A stretch of 64,000 nucleotides of DNA, taken from Gemmatimonadota bacterium (GTDB lineage: Bacteria; Gemmatimonadota; Gemmatimonadetes; Gemmatimonadales; GWC2-71-9). Under the pieces are notes generated by a model that was not told the origin of the DNA, ran no database searches, and saw only the letters and a list, made by a program, of their open reading frames with translations. The stretch lies in contig JBGOUQ010000001.1 in NCBI GenBank assembly GCA_041477065.1, forward strand, positions 77,258 through 141,257, in the 5' to 3' direction. This document shows, piece after piece, positions 18,331-25,284 of this stretch (position 1 is the stretch's first letter; the number at the start of each line of letters is the position of its first letter). The position numbers were made by a program, and so were the translations under genes.

Positions 18331-19068
18331 TTAGTGGGCGGCGAAGGTGAAGTCCTGCGACTTCGAGCCGCCGGCGGTGACGGTCACCGTCGCGGTCTGC
18401 AAGCCGTACTTCTCGTGCCACGCCTCGATGGTGTACGTGCCGGGCGGCAGACCCTTGATGGTATAGCTGCCGTCCGCGCCGCTCACCGCGAAATAGGGGT
18501 GCGGCAGCACGCCCGCCCAGGCGTGCATCCAGCCGTGCACGTTGCACTCGAGCGGCACCATCACCTCGGGCGCGCTGAACGTCCGGTCGCTCGTCATCAC
18601 GCTCGGCTGGCTGATGTTGAAGGGCCGGTTCTTCACGCCCTTCGCCTTGATGTTGTGGAGAATGCCGTCGGAGTTCTTGATCTGCATGGTCTGGCCCACC
18701 TGGATGCCGAACACGTGCGGATGATATCGACAGCCGTCCTGATCGAGCACCACCGGCGTCGCCGGCGTGGGATAGGTGCCGCCCGCCGGCAGGCCCGCCT
18801 TCACGTAGACGAAGACGTTCGCGAGCGTGCCGTTGGGGTTCACCACGACCATTTCCTCGTGCGGCGTCGCGGTGTACTTGGCCTTGCACTTGGCTTCCTC
18901 GCTCATGTCGATGGCCGGCATGGCGGGCTTGGTCCCCGTGAACTTCACCTTCCCCGTGATCGTCGCGCCGCCCTGAGACACCTCGTCCGACCCACCCCGC
19001 CCCGCCATGCCCAGCGCCGCCGCGCCCGCCAGCATCGTCACCGCCACTAGTCCGAGCTTACGCATCAT
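18331..19068 (-). CDS. Secreted cupredoxin (type-1 copper) with C-terminal CarboxypepD_reg-like beta-sandwich
   Basis: Track ORF 18331..19116; ATGATG at 19068 follows GGAGG. Signal peptide. Candidate Cu ligands GILHNIK ... ECNVHGWMHAW (C-x2-H-x2-M). C-terminal GADGSYTIKGLPPGTYTIEAWH. Confidence 0.65.
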   Translation of the reverse strand: MMRKLGLVAVTMLAGAAALGMAGRGGSDEVSQGGATITGKVKFTGTKPAMPAIDMSEEAKCKAKYTATPHEEMVVVNPNGTLANVFVYVKAGLPAGGTYPTPATPVVLDQDGCRYHPHVFGIQVGQTMQIKNSDGILHNIKAKGVKNRPFNISQPSVMTSDRTFSAPEVMVPLECNVHGWMHAWAGVLPHPYFAVSGADGSYTIKGLPPGTYTIEAWHEKYGLQTATVTVTAGGSKSQDFTFAAH

Positions 19069-19084
19069 GCCTCCTGTGAGAAGC

Positions 19085-20698
19085 TCACATGCCTGCCGAT
19101 CGACGCCCTGACGCACTCCCCTTGGGTCGTTGGGCCCGCCACACGACCATCAGGCCGAGGCCCAACGTAAGCACCATCGCGACCACGGGTGAAACGTAGA
19201 CCCGGGCGGGAGTGGGTTGATCGAGGGCGAGGAAATACCACGTGCTGACGGCCATTCGCGAGCCGGACTCCCCGTTCGACCCGTCCTGCGCGAAGAACGC
19301 CACGGGGATCGCGCGGCCCGTGCGGAACACAAGCTGGTTCGCCGTATCGGTCGTCGCAAGAGCGCGCGAGAGCACCAGCCGCCACTCCCCCTGGTCATAC
19401 ACCGCCTGGGCCGCCGGAGCCGCAGCGGCGGGAAACGCATCGAAGCGCTCGAGCCCGCGCGCCAGCCCCGCCACCGCCCCGCGCGGGGAGCTGGTCCAGC
19501 GCCACTGGTAGACCGGTTGCGTCGCCGCCCCCATCAGGAAATAGGGCCGCTCCATCCCTTCCGGGATCGCAACCGGGAACTGCACGATCAGCTGGTCGGG
19601 CCACGGTTGCGGCGCCGGCTTCGCCGAGTCGTCGCTCACCATGGTGCTGAGCACGCGCCGCTGGAACGGGAGCCACGTGGTGTCGGGGCTTTGCGACCGG
19701 TCGTCCCAGCTGAGTCGCAGCGCGATCACCGACCCGTTGTGGACCGCCTGCACCCACACGCCGCTCACCGCGGGCGCGAACCAACGCGGCTTGCGGATCA
19801 CCTGGCCTACGAGCGGGAACCAGTAACGCGCGACGCCGTGCCAGGCCGAATCGTCCGGGGCGAGCGGCAGCGCGCCCGCCATCTGCGGGGCGTGGATCAC
19901 GTCCCGCACTTCGGGCGCCGCCTCCGGCGACAGGCTGCGGACGTATTGCGCCACGCGCCACAGCTGCTCCTCGGTGAGCCACTTCTGGTCGATGAGGTCG
20001 CTGAACGACGGCATCGGGCTACCGTCGAGCCCGGTCCGCAGGCGGTGGTAGATGTCCTCCGCCGTGGCGCCGCCGCGGAAGCGCCAGCTCTGGTGCAGGT
20101 CGGCCGCGAAGATCGGGAAGTCGGCGTCGTCCTTGAGCGTCGGCGCCGACGGGCCGTTGCCGCGGCCCTGCATGCCGTGGCACTTCCGGCACCCGATGGA
20201 ATCGTAGAACTGGCGGCCGACTTTCAGCGCGTCCACCCCGGTCCCGCCCCCGGGGGCGGAGCCGAAGGTAAGCGGCGTCGCGTGCTGGCTGGTATCGGTG
20301 AAGAAGGCTGAGAACGTCTTCAGATACGCGATCACATCCCGCCGCCCGCCGTCGGAGAGTCGCGTCTTCCACGCCGGCATCGCGGTCCCGGGCAGTCCCT
20401 CGTCGATGGCGCGCATCAAGTCGGCGTCCGTCGGCAGCTGCCCGCTCGCGGTCGAGCGGATCTTGTAGACGGCGCCTGTGAAGTTGCGCGGCTGCGGCAG
20501 CATGGTCACCGCCCCCGGCCCGTCTCCTGCCCCGGCGTCGCCGTGACAGCCGGCGCACCATTTCACGTAGACGGCCTTGCCGCGAGTGGTGTCCTGGGCG
20601 GAGAGTTGGAAGGTTGGAAGGAGGGAAAGCAGCGCCCCCACTGCCAGGCCTAACCCCCTGCCAACTGTCCAACGTTCCGCCCTTGCTCCCGGCTTCAC
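19085..20698 (-). CDS. Dihaem cytochrome c fused to an ethylbenzene-dehydrogenase-type (EB_dh) haem-b domain, with a C-terminal TM anchor
   Basis: C-terminal 537 aa of track ORF 19085..21406; GTG 20698 overlaps the upstream stop (GTGA). Haem motifs WCAGCHGD and GCRKCHGM. EB_dh-like VQAVHNGSVIALRLSWDD, LIVQFPVAIPEGMERPYFLMG...VYQWRW, GEWRLVLSRAL. Terminal helix VVAMVLTLGLGLMVVW. Confidence 0.8.
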   Translation of the reverse strand: MKPGARAERWTVGRGLGLAVGALLSLLPTFQLSAQDTTRGKAVYVKWCAGCHGDAGAGDGPGAVTMLPQPRNFTGAVYKIRSTASGQLPTDADLMRAIDEGLPGTAMPAWKTRLSDGGRRDVIAYLKTFSAFFTDTSQHATPLTFGSAPGGGTGVDALKVGRQFYDSIGCRKCHGMQGRGNGPSAPTLKDDADFPIFAADLHQSWRFRGGATAEDIYHRLRTGLDGSPMPSFSDLIDQKWLTEEQLWRVAQYVRSLSPEAAPEVRDVIHAPQMAGALPLAPDDSAWHGVARYWFPLVGQVIRKPRWFAPAVSGVWVQAVHNGSVIALRLSWDDRSQSPDTTWLPFQRRVLSTMVSDDSAKPAPQPWPDQLIVQFPVAIPEGMERPYFLMGAATQPVYQWRWTSSPRGAVAGLARGLERFDAFPAAAAPAAQAVYDQGEWRLVLSRALATTDTANQLVFRTGRAIPVAFFAQDGSNGESGSRMAVSTWYFLALDQPTPARVYVSPVVAMVLTLGLGLMVVWRAQRPKGSASGRRSAGM

Positions 20699-21507
20699 TT
20701 CGCCCCCCCTTCCGCTTTCTCCCACGTGCGCGGTTTCCACCCGGTCTGATCGTACAGGAACGTGATCACCGACCAGATCTCCCGCTCGGTGAGGAAGTCT
20801 TCCCACTGCGGCATCGCCGAATTCCACGGCGTGCCCTCGCGCGGCAGGCCGGGCCCGCCCTTGGCGATGCGCCAGAAGACGAAGCTCTCGGTCAGCTGCG
20901 CGATCGTGCCGTTGTCCTGGAAATTGGCGGGTAGCGGGTTGAATCCCGCCGCGAAGTGCCCCAGGCCGTCGAGGTGGTCGCCGTGACAGGGGAGGCAGTT
21001 CTGGTAATAGACGCGCTTGCCCTCCGCGACGTAGGCGGGCAGCGAATCGGCGTGGGCGCGCAGCGGGTTTTCGAGCCCCGTGAGGGTGATCGTCTTGCCG
21101 CGAAAGGTGATTTCCGTCGGCGGCGCCGGATGGATCGAGCGCAGGTTGGGGGGCGCCTGGACGGTGGCCTTCACCTGGCCGTAGGTGACGAACCCGACCA
21201 GCGCGGGGAGCACCACCAGGCCCGCGAGGCGGACCGGTTTCAGGCGCGGCTGCACCAGCGCGGCGGTGATCGGCTCCTTGAAGCGGGTCCAGCGCTCCTC
21301 GCTGTCGCTCACGTAGATCAGCACGCCGACCAGCACCGTGGCCATGTACTGCAGCACGACGCTCGCCGGGACGATCGCGCTCCCAGGAAGCGCGGGGATA
21401 CCCCACTCGATCACCACGAAGGCGAGGACGAGGATCGCGACCGCCTGCCAGAACGGATGGCTGCTGAAGCGACGGACGCCGGTGGTCGAGGACGTGGTCG
21501 CCATCAT
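20695..21507 (-). CDS. Membrane-anchored monohaem cytochrome c
   Basis: Two N-terminal hydrophobic helices, then NCLPCHGD and ...SAMPQWEDFLTEREIWSVITFLY. ATGA overlap with the upstream gene. Confidence 0.8.
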   Translation of the reverse strand: MMATTSSTTGVRRFSSHPFWQAVAILVLAFVVIEWGIPALPGSAIVPASVVLQYMATVLVGVLIYVSDSEERWTRFKEPITAALVQPRLKPVRLAGLVVLPALVGFVTYGQVKATVQAPPNLRSIHPAPPTEITFRGKTITLTGLENPLRAHADSLPAYVAEGKRVYYQNCLPCHGDHLDGLGHFAAGFNPLPANFQDNGTIAQLTESFVFWRIAKGGPGLPREGTPWNSAMPQWEDFLTEREIWSVITFLYDQTGWKPRTWEKAEGGAK

Positions 21508-22295
21508 TTGTGGCTCGCCAGGAACTGGGCGAGTGCTTCGAGCTGGGCGGCGTTCATCATCGTGCCGAAGGTCTTGGGCATGATCCCCGCCATCCGCTCG
21601 TAGCCCTTGGCGATCGACGAGGCCGGGTCGAGGATTTTGTGGCGGATCGACTCCGCGCTGCGGCGCGCGCCGACGTGCGTCAGGTCGGGCGCGATCTGGC
21701 CGCCGGCGCTGCCCAGCTTGTGACAGCCGAGGCAGCCGCCGGCGTTGAGGATCGCCATCGGGTCGGTGCTCCCGTCCGCGAACGCCGGGCTCGACCCTGG
21801 GCTCGCGCCCGGGGCTGGGGAGGCTTGCGCCGGAATGTCGGCGCCGGTGACGTCCACCGTGCCGCCCTGGGATTCCAAAAATGCGATGATCGCCCAGATC
21901 TGGGCGGGTGAGAGCTGCTTGGTCATCACGGGCATGATCGGCTGGTAGCCCGAGACGACGTAGGCGGTCGGATTGTCGAGCGACTCGAACAGGTACTGCT
22001 TACAGGTCTTGCCGGACTCGCGCTTGCCGCAGCGCGCGCCGATCGACCCGCTGCCCTTCTCGTCGGTGAGCAGGTTGGGCGCCCGGGTACCGAGCCCGTG
22101 GCAAGCGACGCAGCCACCGCCCCCGTTGAACAACTTCTCGCCGGCGGCGACCAGCTGTTCGGGCGTCACGTTCGCGCCCAGCGACAGCGCCTGGGGCACC
22201 TCCGACTGCACCTGGGGGATCTTGTTGGCGATGAGGGTATAGAGCGCCAGCGTGCCCAGCACCACGCCCACGATCTTGAGGTTAGTGACCCACAT
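21504..22295 (-). CDS. Membrane-anchored dihaem cytochrome c
   Basis: Track ORF 21504..22358; ATG 22295 (MWVTNLKIVGVVLGTLALYTLIA). Haem motifs GGGCVACHG and GGCLGCHK. Overlaps the 3' end of the CydA-like gene by 14 nt. Confidence 0.8.
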   Translation of the reverse strand: MWVTNLKIVGVVLGTLALYTLIANKIPQVQSEVPQALSLGANVTPEQLVAAGEKLFNGGGGCVACHGLGTRAPNLLTDEKGSGSIGARCGKRESGKTCKQYLFESLDNPTAYVVSGYQPIMPVMTKQLSPAQIWAIIAFLESQGGTVDVTGADIPAQASPAPGASPGSSPAFADGSTDPMAILNAGGCLGCHKLGSAGGQIAPDLTHVGARRSAESIRHKILDPASSIAKGYERMAGIMPKTFGTMMNAAQLEALAQFLASHK

Positions 22296-23994
22296 GCGGC
22301 GCCTCCCCTCCCCCCTTACCTGTGGGCACGTACGTCGATTTCTCGGCGAGCCCGCCAAGCCAGAACACGAAGGCGACGAGCGAGAGGAAGATCAGCACGC
22401 ACAGGCTGATCATGCGGGACGCGTAGCCCAGGGCGGGCGTCGCCGCGTACGGGCTGGTGTCCTGGACCACCTGCCACACGTGCCAGTGCTGGCGGATGCC
22501 GCTGCGGGCGAAGCCCATCAACCCCATCAGCCACGTGAACGTGACGGCGAGCACGAATAGGGCGTACTGCGAGCGCGCCGGCATCTTGCCCCACTGAATG
22601 GTGCCCAGCGATTGCGCCCCGCGCGCCATCAGGATGTCGATGATCGTGACGAACAGGATGCAGGCGAGCACCGCGCCGACCTGGTAGACGCTGAACCCGA
22701 TGCGGACGATCGCCTCCACGAAGTAGCCGCGAATCCCGAAGAACAGCACCACCGCGGCGGCCAACACGAACATCGCGGCCTGCACCAGCGTGCCCGTCCG
22801 TGCCCAGGGGACGACGGGCCGCTTGTTGGCGCGGCGGTACATGAGGAAGGAGAGGAACGTCGTCAGGATCATCAGGTTCACGGCGGTGTTCTTGGCGCTC
22901 ATGACGCCGAGGGCGCCCAGCAGCGGGTGGTGCGAGCCGCCCATCGCGCCGAGCTCTTTGGAGTCGGCGATCATCGTGTGCGGCGTGCCCCAGACCAGCG
23001 CGCCCAGCACCAGCACGATCAGCAAGTACTTGGTGTAGGGCCGGAACCGCTCGGCTCCGGGGATGCGGCCCATGCCGATCCACAGATAGTAGTTGCCGGC
23101 GAGAAACAGCACGGCGATCAGGAACGCCTGAATCACCCACAGCCAGCTCATGAAGCCGCCCATCATCGTGATGCCCATGGACTGGTCGTACTGGTAGATC
23201 TCGCGGCCCAGCCAGTAGCCGGCGAACGGCAGCACGATGAGCGCCGAGATCGCGATGAAGTTCCCGACGTAGCCCATCCAGTCGTAGTGGGCGCGCTCCT
23301 CGTCCGTCTTCGCCGCGAGGAAGCGGTAGCTCGCATACGCGCCCACGATCGCGCCGCCGAAGACGACGTTGGCGATGAGCCGGTGGATGTTGATCGGCAT
23401 CCACGTCGCGTTGGCGATCGCGTGCCACAACTTGATGGAGGCTGGGTCGGTGGTGGGCGTGATGTCGCGCGGCGGGGACATCATATACGTGAGCCACGCG
23501 TTCGCGATGAGCATCACGATCGTGCCCCACACGTTGAGCAGGATGCCGAGGGTCCAGTGGCCCCACTTGGCCCGGCCCGTCTTCCAGCGGTCCCACCCGT
23601 AGTAATAGAGGTACAGGGTGAAGGACTCGACGAAGAACAGGCCGGCGTAGAGCCACATCGACGGCCCGAACACCGCCGTGAGGTAGGCCCAGAAGCGCGG
23701 GTACAGGGTGGACAGGAAGAAGGTCAGCACCGCCCCCCAGATCGCCGTCGCGCTGTAGGCGACGAGGAGCAGCCGCGTGAACTCCTTGCTCAGCCGGTCG
23801 TATTTCTGGTCCTTCCCGAAGATGCCGATCGCCTCGGTGACCACCGCGAACATCGGCACGCCGAGCACGAACGCCGCGAACATCAGGTGGACCTCGGCCG
23901 CGATCCAGACCGCCGCGCGCGCCCCGATGACGGGGAATTCGCCGTAGGCGCGGGAGGTGTCCGCCGCCGCTTGGAGCAGGAAGAGAGGCGTCAT
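22282..23994 (-). CDS. CydA-like (cytochrome bd subunit I family) polytopic membrane protein; no CydB partner, no long Q-loop
   Basis: 570 aa with ~13-14 hydrophobic segments. The N-terminal third aligns by eye with E. coli CydA: EVHLMFAAFVLG (His19-equivalent), FFVESFTLYLYYYGWDR (Glu99-equivalent), MLIANAWLTYMMSP, and PINIHRLIANV (His186-equivalent). Confidence 0.8.
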   Translation of the reverse strand: MTPLFLLQAAADTSRAYGEFPVIGARAAVWIAAEVHLMFAAFVLGVPMFAVVTEAIGIFGKDQKYDRLSKEFTRLLLVAYSATAIWGAVLTFFLSTLYPRFWAYLTAVFGPSMWLYAGLFFVESFTLYLYYYGWDRWKTGRAKWGHWTLGILLNVWGTIVMLIANAWLTYMMSPPRDITPTTDPASIKLWHAIANATWMPINIHRLIANVVFGGAIVGAYASYRFLAAKTDEERAHYDWMGYVGNFIAISALIVLPFAGYWLGREIYQYDQSMGITMMGGFMSWLWVIQAFLIAVLFLAGNYYLWIGMGRIPGAERFRPYTKYLLIVLVLGALVWGTPHTMIADSKELGAMGGSHHPLLGALGVMSAKNTAVNLMILTTFLSFLMYRRANKRPVVPWARTGTLVQAAMFVLAAAVVLFFGIRGYFVEAIVRIGFSVYQVGAVLACILFVTIIDILMARGAQSLGTIQWGKMPARSQYALFVLAVTFTWLMGLMGFARSGIRQHWHVWQVVQDTSPYAATPALGYASRMISLCVLIFLSLVAFVFWLGGLAEKSTYVPTGKGGGEAPHVGH

Positions 23995-24004
23995 CCGTTC
24001 TCCG

Positions 24005-25282
24005 TCATCCGTTGTCCGTCACGAAAAACGGCTTGCGCTTGGAAAAATCGATCGGCATGGCCGCGCGGACCTCGGCCAGCAGCTCCGGCGTGATCTCCCG
24101 TCGCCCCTGCCGCCGGGCCCACTCCTCCACCCGCCCCATCACCACGCCGCGCACGAACGAGGGGATCCCCGCGACCCGCGCCCGCGCCGCCTCCGTCCAC
24201 ACCAGCGCCGGCGTGAACTCCGCCCCGTACGTGACCGGCCGCAGCCGCTCGATGAGGGGCCGATCGCCGGTCGGCTCGTAAACGCACGATGGATCGGCGG
24301 CGAGCACGTCCCCCTCGATGGCGAGCGCCCGGGCGCGGCACCCGCCGCACAGCGCGCGGTACTCGCAGCGGCCGCACTTGCCTCCCAAGGTCCCTTCCCG
24401 CAGTCGCCGCAGGAGCGGCGAGGCGCGCCACACCTCGGCGAACGAGCGCTCGACCAGGTCCCCCGCCACCTCGGGCATGTAGGGACAGGGGGTCAGCTTG
24501 CCGTCCGGCGTGATGCGACAGTACTGGGTGCCGCACGGGCAGCGTGTTTCGTAGTTCAGGATCGGCGACTCGGGGTCGAGCTGGTGCACGTGCCGCATGA
24601 AGTGCGGCGCGCACTTGGCGCGGACCAGCATCCGGCCGCGGTAGTCCCGCTGCCAGCGGGCGAGGTCGGCGAGGACCGCCTCGTAGTCGGCCGGCGCGAG
24701 ATCCGACAGCGCGGCGCCGCGCCCGGTCGCCACCAGGAAATAGCAGTTGAAGGCGACCGCCCCTTGCTCAGCCGCCCACGCGGCGAGCTGCTCGAGCTCG
24801 GCGCGGTTGCCTTTGGTCGCCGTCGTCTGGACGATGAAGTCAAGCCGCGCGGCGGAGAGCCGCGCCAGGGCCGCCGTCGTCTCGGCGAGCGAGCCTTTGC
24901 CGTGCCGGAAGTTGTCGTGGTAGCTGGGCCGCAGCGAGTCGACGCTCACCGCCACGCCGCGCACGCCGGCGTCCTTCAGGGCGGCGATGCGGTCGGCGCT
25001 CAACATCGTCCCGTTGGTTCCCACCACCACCGTCGCGCCCCGCTCCGCGCCGTGCGCCGCGAGCCGGCACAGGTCCTCGCGCAGCAGCGGCTCGCCGCCC
25101 GACAGGATGATCAGCGGGGCGGGGCTGACCTCCAGGATCTCGTCGAGGATGCGGAGGCACTGGGCAGTGTCCAGCTCACCGGTCGCCGTCTCGTTGGGCC
25201 CGGCGGAGATGTAGCAGTGGGCGCACTCGAGATTGCAGCGCCGCGTGAGGTTCCAGGCTACGACGTGCGGGACGAAGTCCAC
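24005..25282 (-). CDS. Radical SAM / SPASM-domain enzyme (NirJ/AhbD-like) with a C-terminal PCP_red-like domain
   Basis: C-terminal 425 aa of track ORF 24005..25759; GTG 25282 lies 2 nt after the upstream stop. CNLECAHCY radical-SAM cluster motif, SPASM-type GKCGRCEYRALCGGCRARA, and C-terminal VWTEAARARVAGIPSFVRGVV. Confidence 0.85.
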   Translation of the reverse strand: MDFVPHVVAWNLTRRCNLECAHCYISAGPNETATGELDTAQCLRILDEILEVSPAPLIILSGGEPLLREDLCRLAAHGAERGATVVVGTNGTMLSADRIAALKDAGVRGVAVSVDSLRPSYHDNFRHGKGSLAETTAALARLSAARLDFIVQTTATKGNRAELEQLAAWAAEQGAVAFNCYFLVATGRGAALSDLAPADYEAVLADLARWQRDYRGRMLVRAKCAPHFMRHVHQLDPESPILNYETRCPCGTQYCRITPDGKLTPCPYMPEVAGDLVERSFAEVWRASPLLRRLREGTLGGKCGRCEYRALCGGCRARALAIEGDVLAADPSCVYEPTGDRPLIERLRPVTYGAEFTPALVWTEAARARVAGIPSFVRGVVMGRVEEWARRQGRREITPELLAEVRAAMPIDFSKRKPFFVTDNG

Positions 25283-25284
25283 GG

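Noticed and set aside
22282-23994. Calling the CydA-like gene cydA (canonical quinol oxidase).
   Set aside because: There is no cydB/cydX neighbour, no Q-loop, no GRQPW/Met393 region, and there are extra helices. It is labelled CydA-like only.
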